IMG/VR virus record: IMGVR_UViG_3300005663_003096
Length of the DNA stretch: 64,000 bases
From: a virus
Taxonomy: Duplodnaviria; Heunggongvirae; Uroviricota; Caudoviricetes
Reading direction: 5' to 3' (one strand)
A program made the position numbers and the translations under genes. Below the pieces are notes generated by a model that was not told the DNA's origin, ran no database searches, and saw only the letters and a program-made list of their open reading frames with translations. This document shows positions 27,439 through 37,275 of the stretch, piece by piece (the stretch's first letter is position 1; each line of letters begins with the position of its first letter).

Positions 27439-27565
27439 AATTGACGGATCAGGAATACCTGCACAACAGGATATCTGAACCGAGACACCATCCGCGTCAG
27501 TGGGTTTGCGAAAAACCGCGCAGTAATAGTATTTCACAAACCCAAAATTATGTGTCTTTATCGCT

Positions 27566-28306
27566 ATGAGCGATATTGGAGAGACCATGCAGTACAGTGA
27601 CAAACAAATGAAAGACGGACGGGCCCGCCTCAAGCGCCTGCTGCCAGAGGCTCGGGCCTATGCGCGTAAGGCGATGCGCAATCCAGATATTCAGATGCAG
27701 ATTAATACGGCAAAGGGAATGGCCACGCAGCGGTTTATCCGGGCCGACAACTTCCGTGCATTGGTGGTCTACCGAACACCCAGAGGTTGGTACGCAGACC
27801 TCTTGCTGAAACAGGTTCCCCCTGGCGTTTCTGATGTCATGGGCACTCCTATGAGTATGCCCCACGAAACCCGAGAGGAAGCCGAAGAGGCCGCGGTCCA
27901 CATCCTGCAGTCCATGTGCTTGCAATCGATCATGAACGAGGGCCTCGTGAGTGACGGGTCAAAAGCCGATGTGCGACCCTTCAAGCTCTTCAACATCTCG
28001 ATGCCATTGCCCGGCGATGCCGTTGATCTATGCGTCCCAGTGATGGCGATCACGGGCCAGACGGTAATGGAAGCGCGGACCTATGCATTGAGCCGTCTTG
28101 AAGAAGCCTGCGCGCGCATCGGCATCGATGAGACCACAACTATTGAGGACATGGCAGATAAGCCGGATGCAGATCATGAAGAGATTTTTCGCCTTTGTTG
28201 CATGACGGCCGCGACCAACTGCATCGAATTTCCGGTGTCGGAATGGGCCGCCGAGGAGGTGCTCGATGATCCGAAGGATGGTTCCGCCCCATCCGCTGAA
28301 CTTTGA
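27566..28306 (+). CDS. hypothetical protein
   Basis: ORF of 246 aa with a Shine-Dalgarno (GGAGAGACC-ATG). TTGCGAAAAA motif 50 nt upstream. Confidence 0.45.
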   Translation: MSDIGETMQYSDKQMKDGRARLKRLLPEARAYARKAMRNPDIQMQINTAKGMATQRFIRADNFRALVVYRTPRGWYADLLLKQVPPGVSDVMGTPMSMPHETREEAEEAAVHILQSMCLQSIMNEGLVSDGSKADVRPFKLFNISMPLPGDAVDLCVPVMAITGQTVMEARTYALSRLEEACARIGIDETTTIEDMADKPDADHEEIFRLCCMTAATNCIEFPVSEWAAEEVLDDPKDGSAPSAEL

Positions 28307-28357
28307 AGGCGCTCCACTTTTCGCAAAATCACTTCTTAATCTTGCAGGATATATTTG

Positions 28358-28723
28358 ATGAAGCAGACGATTACAGCCCGCATTACCTTCGATCCAAGCC
28401 ACCGGCTGGACTCCGAGAATGAATATGACCCCGAAGTCGATCTGACCAGCATCATGGATTACGGCCGCGATCGCTTCAACGTCGACAGCTATTCCATCAT
28501 CTCTGTCGCTCCCGCCGTAGAGGCGGAGGCCAAGCAGGAGGATGCCGATCGGGGAGATCAGCAGTTCACCGTGGTAATCAGCACCCAAACCCGTGCGGCG
28601 AATGCCCAAGAAGCGCTGACCATTGCGCTGGCGCAAATCTCCGATGGATCGGCCTACGCCGAGGTTAAATCAGATGATGGCGGAGCTGAGGAAGGCACAC
28701 TCTCTGAGCTCTTAGAGCAATAG
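28358..28723 (+). CDS. hypothetical acidic protein
   Basis: ATG at 28358 (the track ORF starts at TTG 28355). TTTTCGCAAAA motif ~30 nt upstream. Confidence 0.4.
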   Translation: MKQTITARITFDPSHRLDSENEYDPEVDLTSIMDYGRDRFNVDSYSIISVAPAVEAEAKQEDADRGDQQFTVVISTQTRAANAQEALTIALAQISDGSAYAEVKSDDGGAEEGTLSELLEQ

Positions 28724-28755
28724 GCGCCCTCCTCACGTCGCAACCCTGCAGCTAT

Positions 28756-29892
28756 TCAGGCAGAGAAGCGCGCGCGCGACGCTGACAGGGCGTCCACGAG
28801 CCCTTCATGGACCTGTCCCGCCTCGCAGTCCTCTCCCAAGCTCACGAGCTCTGAGAGCGCCGCAGAGCGCCCAGGACGACCCTCTAAGCCAAAGGCGCGG
28901 CGCACGTCCGCCAAAGTCTCCATGGTGAGCACATGGGCGCGCTTGCGGCCTTCTTCGAGGATATGGTCTACCAACTCGATATCAGCTGCGGCTTCGGCGC
29001 GCCGCGCCCGCATGGGCGCCAGCATCTCTTGCAAGATCCCGTCCAGACGCCGCTTCAATACCATGTCGCCGAGCCCACCGGCGCGGTACTGATCCTTGAG
29101 GTCCGCTACAGCACCGCTGTCTGGATCAAAAGCATCGAGCATGGCAAAGACCACATTGCCCTCGACCTTGCCGGGGTCCGAGACCTTCAGATGGCCTGGA
29201 TCGGTGAACATGCGCATGACAGCCGCGCGGATCTCTTCCGGGCTGTCGCGCAGCGCGATGGCATTGCCGGCGGATTTGGACATCTTGCCTGCCCCGTCGA
29301 TGCCCGGCAGCCGCGGCGCGTTGCTCTGCATCAAGGTTGGAGAGACCAGGACCTTGCGCCCAGCCATGCGGTTCACCTTCCCCGTGATCTCACCGGTGAT
29401 CTCGACAAGCGGCGCTTGGTCGGCGCCTGCGGGCACGATGTCTGCGCCAAAGGCGGTGATGTCGGCCGCCTGGCTGACCGGGTAGCAAAGAAAGCCCGCC
29501 GGGGTGCCATCGCCGAAGCCGCGCTGGGTGATCTCTTCACGGATCGTGGGAATGCGCATCAGACGCGGCACGGTGACCAGGTTCATATAGAGCATGGTCA
29601 GCTCGTTGAGTGCGGGCAGATCGGACTGGCGCACGATGGTCACCCGCTCAGGGTCGATGCCGGCCGCGATGTAATCAAGCACCACCTCGCGCACATTGGC
29701 CGCCACATCTGCGGCGCGCCCGGCGTTGTCCGTCAGCGCCTGCATGTCGGCGACCAGGATGGTCACGTCGTTCTTGTCCTGCAGGGCGACGCGCGCCTGA
29801 AGGGTCCCGGCGAGATGGCCGAGATGCAGCGCACCGGTGGGCCGGTCGCCGGTGAGGATGGTTCTGCCTTCGAGGGTAGAGAGATCTTGCAT
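28756..29892 (-). CDS. trpS: tryptophanyl-tRNA synthetase
   Basis: Class I motifs TGDRPTGALHLGH (HIGH-type) and KMSKS. TrpRS-specific segments LVADMQALTD (D-x-Q/H-A-x-T) and YPVSQAADITAFGADIVPAGADQ (compare E. coli YPVLMAADILLY…VPVGEDQ). Start at the ATG at 29892 (MQDLSTLEGRTILTG). Confidence 0.8.
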   Translation of the reverse strand: MQDLSTLEGRTILTGDRPTGALHLGHLAGTLQARVALQDKNDVTILVADMQALTDNAGRAADVAANVREVVLDYIAAGIDPERVTIVRQSDLPALNELTMLYMNLVTVPRLMRIPTIREEITQRGFGDGTPAGFLCYPVSQAADITAFGADIVPAGADQAPLVEITGEITGKVNRMAGRKVLVSPTLMQSNAPRLPGIDGAGKMSKSAGNAIALRDSPEEIRAAVMRMFTDPGHLKVSDPGKVEGNVVFAMLDAFDPDSGAVADLKDQYRAGGLGDMVLKRRLDGILQEMLAPMRARRAEAAADIELVDHILEEGRKRAHVLTMETLADVRRAFGLEGRPGRSAALSELVSLGEDCEAGQVHEGLVDALSASRARFSA

Positions 29893-30004
29893 GGTCTTGT
29901 CCTTTATGGAGAGAGGACAGCCGCATGATGGGAAGGGTCTTTCAGGACATCTCAAGCCGCATCACGCGGCCGATCCTGGGGTTGGTCACAGGAATTGGGC
30001 CGCC

Positions 30005-30055
30005 TCAGAGAGGCAGCCACCAATTGATCGCGCAGATGGGTTTATCCTGTGTCAT
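30005..30055 (-). promoter_or_regulatory. candidate Trp attenuator leader peptide MTQDKPICAINWWLPL (tandem TGG TGG codons) ~110 nt upstream of trpS
   Basis: Minus-strand 16-codon ORF ATGACACAGGATAAACCCATCTGCGCGATCAATTGGTGGCTGCCTCTCTGA. Downstream are mutually exclusive pairings GCGGCC…GGCCGC versus GCCGC-gtgat-GCGGC, the latter followed by UU. Confidence 0.45.
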
Positions 30056-30165
30056 GGCGAGACCATAGAAAGCACGGCTCGAAAAGGCAATGCGAAAAGT
30101 GAGAAGTGATCCTTTCGAAAACGGATATGTTTAGCAAGATTCGAAGTAAGCCACGGGACCGGAAA

Positions 30166-30197
30166 CGAAAAACGCCCGGTGGATGTCCGCCGGGCGG
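30166..30197 (-). terminator. intrinsic terminator on the minus strand (CGCCCGGTGG-loop-CCGCCGGGCG followed by a U5 tract) after the membrane-protein gene
   Basis: Plus strand reads AAAAACGCCCGGTGGATGTCCGCCGGGCGG. Confidence 0.55.
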
Positions 30198-30229
30198 AGC
30201 TTTCTGAGCCAGCGCAGGGCTTCGATCGA

Positions 30230-30706
30230 TTACTGCGCGTCGTCGATCGCCTGGGCGTCGGGGGAGATAAACTCCACGGGCTCTTGCCCCTTCAATTCCA
30301 TGATGGCTGCAATGAGCGTCACGCCCGCGCCAATGAAATAGACCGGCATGCCAAGGCTCGCGAGTTCGAGAAGCTCTCCAACGCTGCCAATCGGAAGATT
30401 GGCGCCAGCGCTATTGGCGGCGGAGCTGATGCGGACCATGGCGATCAGGGCGATGACGAATGGAAGGGCCCCGGTCGCCACGGCAAGGCGCGGGTTCAGG
30501 CGACCTGTCGCTGCCATGGCGCATGTCAGTGCTGCGAGGGCAAAGCTGCCAATGAATACGAATGTCCCGAAAGACATCATGTCAGCGCCGGCTTTCAGCA
30601 GGTAGCTCGGGGAAAAGCTTCCCAGCCAGGTGCTAATCCATGGCAGAAAGAAGCTGAGGGCGGTGGCGGCCGAGCCGCCGATGATGACTTTGGTGTTCTT
30701 ATCCAT
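30230..30706 (-). CDS. multi-pass membrane protein
   Basis: Start at MDKNTKVIIGG. Several TM helices (ALSFFLPWISTWLG; GTFVFIGSFALAALTCAMAA; LPFVIALIAMV; VYFIGAGVTLIAAIM). Confidence 0.5.
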   Translation of the reverse strand: MDKNTKVIIGGSAATALSFFLPWISTWLGSFSPSYLLKAGADMMSFGTFVFIGSFALAALTCAMAATGRLNPRLAVATGALPFVIALIAMVRISSAANSAGANLPIGSVGELLELASLGMPVYFIGAGVTLIAAIMELKGQEPVEFISPDAQAIDDAQ

Positions 30707-30780
30707 TTTTCTCGTATTCCTTGTGCGTAATGGAAATTGAAGCGGAAAGCCGGGGCAGCGACACCACCCCAGCAATGAGG

Positions 30781-31116
30781 TCAGCAGCTTTGATAGCTGC
30801 GCGCAGTCCCGCGGCTATAGATCATCAGCCCCTTGTAATCGGTCCCGATGAAAACCCGTTCCGACCAGGTGGAGCCCTCCCCGCTGCAGACCATGTCGTA
30901 GAGCTTCGCTTCTGGCATGTTGCGCAAGGCCGTGGGGTTGGTCAGCTTGCAAGCGGACTCGATGAATTTGATCTCGTTCCCCGAGATCCGAACCTGGGTT
31001 TCCGGGTAGACGCCGCTACAATGCTGCGGATCACTTGCCCAGGTGCCTTGGATGGAGCCAGCTACGGCTGGCAGGGCGAGGAGACCAAATACGGTCGAGA
31101 GAATGAGGTTGCGCAT
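30781..31116 (-). CDS. secreted small protein (signal peptide)
   Basis: MRNLILSTVFGLLALPAVAGS is a signal peptide. The mature part contains 4 Cys. Confidence 0.5.
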   Translation of the reverse strand: MRNLILSTVFGLLALPAVAGSIQGTWASDPQHCSGVYPETQVRISGNEIKFIESACKLTNPTALRNMPEAKLYDMVCSGEGSTWSERVFIGTDYKGLMIYSRGTARSYQSC

Positions 31117-31284
31117 AAATACTCCTTTGTTGCGTACTACCGATATCGCGGCAGCCGAACCTGCATGACAGGTTCGGCGATAATAATCTCAGGCACCTTA
31201 CTCAGAAAACCCCGGATTCGGGTAATTCGCAGGTCATTTCAAGGTCAATGCGGTTCATCCTGCCACATTTGGCTGGCCACACAG

Positions 31285-31641
31285 TCAATGCCCACTTTCA
31301 GGTCGAACGATCTCGAGGGAGGCTTGAACAGCAAAAAGACGGTCAGATTGTTTTCTGAGTTCCTGCGCGATTTCGCCAATGAGCTCATGGTGGTGCTGAT
31401 CGATGGTTTTGCCGTTGTGCCAATATTGCGCCGGCTCTGTGCAGAGCCGCTCGAGGCTGAATGTATCGCTGCCAAACTCCTCCTCATCAATGAACACGGT
31501 AATGCTAGGATCTTTGCCATGCCAACCGGTTAGAAAGTCGATCATGTACCCCTCCGAGCGCATTTCAAGCACCTCTTTCTTGTAGGATTCCGCGATCCGG
31601 TCGAGCATCCATTCGGGGATATCAAATTTCTCTTCAGCCAT
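31285..31641 (-). CDS. hypothetical protein
   Basis: Start at MAEEKFDIPEW inside track ORF 31285..31728. Confidence 0.4.
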   Translation of the reverse strand: MAEEKFDIPEWMLDRIAESYKKEVLEMRSEGYMIDFLTGWHGKDPSITVFIDEEEFGSDTFSLERLCTEPAQYWHNGKTIDQHHHELIGEIAQELRKQSDRLFAVQASLEIVRPESGH

Positions 31642-31868
31642 TGTTTCAGTCCATTTTTCTTTACACTGATGCCATGTCATGCCGGGTTTTTTAGTGATGC
31701 AAGCGGCAATTTTGCCGTGCGACAGCATGGGTCAGCATGCGACAGAAAAAACTTCGAGGGTGCCGCTAGAACTGTACCCGGAGTCCTTCCAGAAGCGTGA
31801 CAGACCTTGCGAAAACACATACCGTATAACGAATCGTCTTGAGGTTTGTGACGCTAGGTTGGGGGATC

Positions 31869-32753
31869 ATGGCAAATCTGGAACATCTTGCAGACGGCGA
31901 TCGGGCCCGGGTCATCTTTAATCCACCTCGGCATGAAGACGGTACCGAGATCAGCTCTGCTGAAGGGCCGGTACTTGCAGTCGCAGGCATGCGCTACATT
32001 CAAGATGAAACCCACCGGCGCGCCTGGGGCATGCCAACCATCCTCGATCTGGCAAATTCGGATGTAGAGAGCGTCGAAGTGCTGGAAGCTTCCGAAGAGA
32101 TCGCGCGCCGCAAGGCGCGTGAAGCGCGGGGTGATCTTGTCTTCCCCGACCTTCCAGATGATCCGGTCGAGATCGAGGACGCCCTCGATCACCTCGCGGC
32201 CCTGATCGCGCGCGAAACGGACACCCGGGTCATCCGCGGCCGGCAGAGCCAGTTACTGGCCCAGTTCAACGACATTGCCGAACACATTTCGCTCGCGGCC
32301 ACGAAACGAAAATATGTTCTCACCCGCGCCCTGACCGGGGGAGACTTCCATCCGTGGGAAACCCGGGACCCCCATGTCTTCCGCAACGGGACAGTGCGTC
32401 CCCTCCCGGCTGATTTCGAGTTGGAACCGGCGGCCCGTCGCGATCGGCCGCGGCGATTGGAGGAAGCGGTGCGTATTTTCGGTGAGGCGGAGCGTGAAGT
32501 GCGCAACCTATTGTCTGCACTCCGCGCCCAGGGGTTCGATGTGCGGCGCCCCCACCCCAATGCACAGGAGATCAGATCGCGGTACCGTCAAGGCCGCGGC
32601 TTTGTCGATCTGGGACTGGCACCGAATGCCAATGGGCTGTGGCAGGTCATTCAGATCGCCCCGGAGAACAAGACCAAGGCAAAGCTGCTGAGAAAAGTGT
32701 TGGCCCGCGGTGAAAAAGAGCGCCTGCAGGCAGCCCTTATGGCGCTGGTGTAG
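31869..32753 (+). CDS. hypothetical protein
   Basis: Start at MANLEHLADGD. TTGCGAAAAC motif ~55 nt upstream. Confidence 0.45.
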   Translation: MANLEHLADGDRARVIFNPPRHEDGTEISSAEGPVLAVAGMRYIQDETHRRAWGMPTILDLANSDVESVEVLEASEEIARRKAREARGDLVFPDLPDDPVEIEDALDHLAALIARETDTRVIRGRQSQLLAQFNDIAEHISLAATKRKYVLTRALTGGDFHPWETRDPHVFRNGTVRPLPADFELEPAARRDRPRRLEEAVRIFGEAEREVRNLLSALRAQGFDVRRPHPNAQEIRSRYRQGRGFVDLGLAPNANGLWQVIQIAPENKTKAKLLRKVLARGEKERLQAALMALV

Positions 32754-33219
32754 GCGTCTCTTCTGGCCCTGCATGTGGCGATCGGCTCATCACGGGGCCT
32801 TCATCCATGAAAGAAGCTTCCGCGGGGATGAAGCCCCGCCTGCTGTACCAGTCGGTGAGGTTCACATCGTTAAGCGGGCCGGTAGGCACCACTTCCATGC
32901 GTAGGGCGACTTCGTGTTTGTCGGCCAGAGCACAGAGGGCCTCAAGCATACGCGTGCCATGGCCCTGCCCCAGCATCGGGCGCCGGACCTTGATCAGGCT
33001 GACGCTGACCTCCTGGTCTTCGTGGATGTCCTCGAGACAGAAAGCCCCGATCTCCACGCCTTCATGGGCAAAACGGTAAAAGCCGTTCACATCCGGCCAA
33101 AGCGCATCTGCTTCAGCCAGGAAGGCTGCGGCCGGTGAGAGGTCATCATCAGCGGGCGCCGCGTCTTGCTGGTCGTAATGGATCATAAGAACTCCGTAAT
33201 CTGACGTTTCACCCAGCAT
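32737..33219 (-). CDS. GNAT family N-acetyltransferase
   Basis: Motif A VRRPMLGQGHGTRMLEAL (R/Q-x-x-G-x-G/A). Confidence 0.6.
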   Translation of the reverse strand: MLGETSDYGVLMIHYDQQDAAPADDDLSPAAAFLAEADALWPDVNGFYRFAHEGVEIGAFCLEDIHEDQEVSVSLIKVRRPMLGQGHGTRMLEALCALADKHEVALRMEVVPTGPLNDVNLTDWYSRRGFIPAEASFMDEGPVMSRSPHAGPEETPTPAP

Positions 33220-33403
33220 AGCCCCTGCCCCTGAAAACCGGGCATCCTGCCCGGGGGAGGGTAATTTCAGTTATTCTTGGTCTTTTCATACAGTCTGTCC
33301 AAACTCCCGATTAAGAAGTCCCGCTTTAAAATTCGCATATCTTGTCTTGAAGTAGATAGGGGCCCACATAATATTGATAGAAGGATCACAGGGGGCATGA
33401 ACG

Positions 33404-33631
33404 ATGAGCTTTTCCAAAACCAAAGAGTTTCAGGAGATGAAGCGCAGCCTGCAAGAACGCAGCCAGGCGAGCCGCGAGGAGCATGCACAAGCCATGGCGG
33501 CCGCCGAGATCGAACAGGAAGCAGACCTCTCGGGCAGCACACTTCTGTCGCCGGCGGAGTTCAAGTTCGCGATGGCCACCGGTGTGGATCCGCATGGGGC
33601 CTATACCGATGAGCGCGAGGAAGATCACTAA
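33404..33631 (+). CDS. small hypothetical protein (75 aa) overlapping the start of the next gene
   Basis: Track ORF only; charged/helical composition. Confidence 0.3.
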   Translation: MSFSKTKEFQEMKRSLQERSQASREEHAQAMAAAEIEQEADLSGSTLLSPAEFKFAMATGVDPHGAYTDEREEDH

Positions 33632-34283
33632 AGTCGAGATCTCCAAGCTATTTTGGAAGGACCTCGCGAAAGCGCGGAACAACCCGGATTACTGGACGAT
33701 CCGCAAACAGATCGGTGAGATGGTCAGCAAGGCCGCCGCGGGTGAGCCCGGCGGTGACAACCCCTTCTCCGGCAAGCGCTTTGCTGGCATCAGGCATATG
33801 CATGTGGCCGCCAAGCTCATCGTCTTCACCACCTACCCTGACGATGACACGATGCGGATCTGCGCGCTGAAGAAGCATGACTTCTATGGCTTCAAACGTG
33901 AACGCAAAGGCATGGCCGAGAAGGCCGCGCAAAAGATTTGGAACGCCTCAAACAGCCCGGCCGTACGCTCACCAGGATGGGGCTCGATCAAATGGTCTGA
34001 CCCTGGCGAGATCCCGGGGCATCCGGAGCTGCCGGAATGCTCCTCCGAGACGCTCAACGCGCTTTATCAGGAGGTTCTTGATGAGATCGACAGTCTGGAG
34101 AAGCTCGACGCGCAAATCTCAGGCATGTCGAACCGGACCGGTCAGCGTGTCGCGGAATCCTGGATCGAAAGCCTGATCGAGGCACAGGAGGCTGTGGAGA
34201 TGCAGATCCTGAAGCAGGCGCGCCGCAAGCCTGATGCATTGCCTGTGGCGGAGTTTGAAAGATGGGCAATATCACCCAACTGA
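33609..34283 (+). CDS. hypothetical protein
   Basis: Start at MSARKITKVEISKLFWKDLAKARNNPDYW, overlapping the stop of the small upstream ORF. Confidence 0.4.
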   Translation: MSARKITKVEISKLFWKDLAKARNNPDYWTIRKQIGEMVSKAAAGEPGGDNPFSGKRFAGIRHMHVAAKLIVFTTYPDDDTMRICALKKHDFYGFKRERKGMAEKAAQKIWNASNSPAVRSPGWGSIKWSDPGEIPGHPELPECSSETLNALYQEVLDEIDSLEKLDAQISGMSNRTGQRVAESWIESLIEAQEAVEMQILKQARRKPDALPVAEFERWAISPN

Positions 34284-34344
34284 ATGACAAAGGGCACCCC
34301 CAACCATATGGATCGAGGGTGCCCTTTGTTTTCTTTCGCTGCCT

Positions 34345-35161
34345 TTAACTGGCCACGTCTTCAACCTTACCGTTGAACAGTTCGTGCTCGTTCCAACCAT
34401 GGAACTCGAGATTGCGTTCCTTCTTGGTCTTAATAACCTTGGTTTCGCGGTGGGTGCGTTTTGCCTCCCAAGCGGCCGCCATGGTTTCCATCAGAAGGCC
34501 GCGCTGGATTGAACGCGAAGCGGTGTGCGCGCGGATCAGCCGCTCACGCAAGGCAATAGCGGGGTCATTGTTCTGCGCGGGAATGCCGGAGATCATCGTT
34601 TCAACAAAGGCATCAGCTTCTTCTTTGTAGCCCGTGTAGCAGCCAATATAATGGAGCGCCGACAAGAAGCTGGCGGGCATGACTGCGCTTTTTACCGAAA
34701 TGCGAACAGACTCAACGATGCCAGGATGCGCGGAATATACCGAAAACAATTCATTGGATGTCAGGCCCCCGCGCGGCGTATTTTTCGCAACACAGCACAT
34801 AACGTTGAGGGCGGCGCTGACAGAATTCGCGTATTTCACACCCTCCATCGTCAACCGCTGCCCGTTTGTGCGCTTCATGCCAGAGTCGATTGTTTTGATC
34901 GATTCACGCGGAAGGCCGCGCACCAATAGCATGTTGTGATATGTCCCGGATGCGACAATAGCTGAAAGGCGATGCTGGCCGTCCAGAAGGGTCCCGTCAG
35001 TGTCGAAACGGATCGGGTCCCCATTCATCTGGTACCTGCCTGCCTTCATGTCACGCGCGATGGTGTCCACATGGCTACGGTTGATAGGTCGGTTAATCGT
35101 GTTGCCAACGAGCATTGCTTGGGCGATTTCAGGGGTGATGATCTTGAATTCTGCAGTCGAC
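34345..35161 (-). CDS. ParB/Srx-like N-terminal (DGQHR-type) nuclease domain protein
   Basis: NRSHVDTIARDMKAGRY…IRFDTDGTLLDGQHRLSAI matches the ParB-N / DGQHR-domain motif. Start probably at MSTAEFKII (35161). Confidence 0.5.
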
Positions 35162-35416
35162 ATGTATCTCTCCATCGGATGACTATACAGCCTAGTTATC
35201 CGCTTTTTCGCAATGCGCAACTCCGTTGAGAATAATTAATGTAAATTTTCGCTAGAAGGCTTGAGGGCTTCGGCTTCCATCAAAGGTCAGGGCCCTTTGA
35301 ATTGGGAATTTGACCATAGTCCTCCCCCTATCGTAGCGTTCCATCAACACGGCGGTTGATTATGACAAGCCTCGACCGGCCAACATGCTGATCAACATAG
35401 ATTGAATGGATTACCT

Positions 35417-36409
35417 ATGCCCAAATTCCTTGATGGAGCCAAATTGCGCCAGCGCCTACGAACTGAACTAAGACACTCAAAAAGCGCCGATATCGCAGTC
35501 GCCTTCTGGGGTGACGGCGCCGCAGATGCGCTTGGCATCCAAGACGGAACCAAGTTACGGATCGTCTGCAACCTTATGAGCGGCGGCACGAACCCCAAAG
35601 AGATCAGCAAGCTTCAGAAACGTGGGGCTGAGGTTCATCAGCTGAATGATCTGCACGCAAAGATCGGCGTGATCGGAGACATGTCCTTCGTCGGTTCATC
35701 CAATATGTCTGCCAATGGCCTCGGCGCGGAAGGCAGCGCGGCACATTGGCAAGAGGCCAATGCCGTCTACAGCAAAGCCCGGCCCGAAATTGCAAAGATG
35801 TTCAACGCTTATTGGGAAGCTTCGAAGCCCATCACAAAAGAAGACCTCAGCGCAGCCACAGCGATTTGGGCAAACCGACAGCGCGGTAATGCCATGGTTG
35901 CGGCCAGGAAGGGCGATCGCGGCTTAATTGATGTTCTGCGCGCCGCGCCGGCCGAGCTTGATGCGCTCAATGTCCGGATGGTGGTATTCGATACGATGAC
36001 TGATCCGGATGAGTTGGAAGTGCTCGATACGGCCGACCGACAAGCGCAGGAAATGTATGGACCCACTTTCTTAGTGTATTGGGACTGGGAGAGCATGGCG
36101 AAAGAGGCCCGGTCAGCATACCTCCTCTCCTTTGACTGGCCGGCACGCCGCGGGATCGCGCGGGGCACGCTTCTGCGCCGCAACACCGAGGAGTTTCCCG
36201 ACTTTGAGCAAAACGGTAGCGTCTTCCATCCAGCCTACGCAGTCGACAGCATTGAAGGCATCACCGTCGATGCGAGCGACAAAGCCCTTCTACGCAAGGC
36301 ATTCTCAGCCTATGTGAAAGACGGTGCGACAGGAGAAGAAGGTGAAGATCGTGCCTACAACTTTCCCATGTCGGAGTTGGCGCCCTATCTTCCACCGGCC
36401 AACAGCTGA
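35417..36409 (+). CDS. phospholipase D/nuclease (HKD)-like family protein
   Basis: LHAKIGVIGDMSFVGSSNMSANG resembles the H-x-K-x4-D-x6-GSxN HKD motif (loose spacing). The track ORF starts at TTG 35402; the first ATG is at 35417. Confidence 0.4.
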   Translation: MPKFLDGAKLRQRLRTELRHSKSADIAVAFWGDGAADALGIQDGTKLRIVCNLMSGGTNPKEISKLQKRGAEVHQLNDLHAKIGVIGDMSFVGSSNMSANGLGAEGSAAHWQEANAVYSKARPEIAKMFNAYWEASKPITKEDLSAATAIWANRQRGNAMVAARKGDRGLIDVLRAAPAELDALNVRMVVFDTMTDPDELEVLDTADRQAQEMYGPTFLVYWDWESMAKEARSAYLLSFDWPARRGIARGTLLRRNTEEFPDFEQNGSVFHPAYAVDSIEGITVDASDKALLRKAFSAYVKDGATGEEGEDRAYNFPMSELAPYLPPANS

Positions 36410-36596
36410 GTCAGATACAGTTGCGCCAGGCGAGAGCAATGGATTGGCGCGCTGTTTCATCCAAGGCGCTCTCCTCACGGAAATTCCCCATTGAGCGCGG
36501 GGCATCCAAAGAAAACTCAACCTGAGTGGCAGATGAAAACCTGTCACTCAGACCGGTCATCGAGGCCCGGATCAGGATCATATCACCTTCAGGGAG

Positions 36597-37274
36597 CTAT
36601 GGCCCCGCCATCTCGATGTCGTCGCTATCCTCAATAGATACGTCGGGCCCATCGAAGATCTCATGCAAGCGTTCCAGCACGATGTCGCGAAGTTCGGTCT
36701 CGCTCCGCGGCCGCGGGATATTCGGATGATGGATCGACTGACCGATCTGCGGGAATTCATCGGCAAGCTCCACCATGATCGCATCAATGGCGCTCAACCG
36801 ATCATATACCCCATCTTCGATGCCCTTCTGACCGGTGGCCACCAGCAATTTAAAGAAGAACTCCGCGTGGCGTGCGCCCTTCACGTTCTGGAGCCAACTG
36901 GCCCCGAGGGGCCATTGTCCGAAACTGTCGTTGCAGTCCTTCATGACCTCGTTGGGATCCAGGCCCAGCTCGACGAATTTCTCTTTGCGGTCCCAGTGGT
37001 ACATCAGGCGATACTGCAGGGTATATCCGTGCAGGCAGTCATACCGCTTTCCATCCTGGGCAGCTTCACGGATCCGCGCGCCGCAGTTCTTAGCGGCCGT
37101 GTCGAAACTATCGCCATAGCCGCTTGGCGCAAAGTCCGGATCAGAGACCGAGTCATAAAACCCGGTATCCAGCACCGCCCTGCCACTCGATGTGGACCTG
37201 CAGATGATCGTATCTGCGAAGTCATCCAGCGTACGCTTGCCGGGCGAATAGTGTTTTTTGGAAAGCTGCATCAT
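36597..37274 (-). CDS. hypothetical protein
   Basis: Start at MMQLSKKHY. Start/stop overlap with the upstream gene. Confidence 0.4.
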   Translation of the reverse strand: MMQLSKKHYSPGKRTLDDFADTIICRSTSSGRAVLDTGFYDSVSDPDFAPSGYGDSFDTAAKNCGARIREAAQDGKRYDCLHGYTLQYRLMYHWDRKEKFVELGLDPNEVMKDCNDSFGQWPLGASWLQNVKGARHAEFFFKLLVATGQKGIEDGVYDRLSAIDAIMVELADEFPQIGQSIHHPNIPRPRSETELRDIVLERLHEIFDGPDVSIEDSDDIEMAGP

Positions 37275-37275
37275 C

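Noticed and set aside
28933-29928. 331-aa + strand ORF
   Set aside because: Antisense to trpS.
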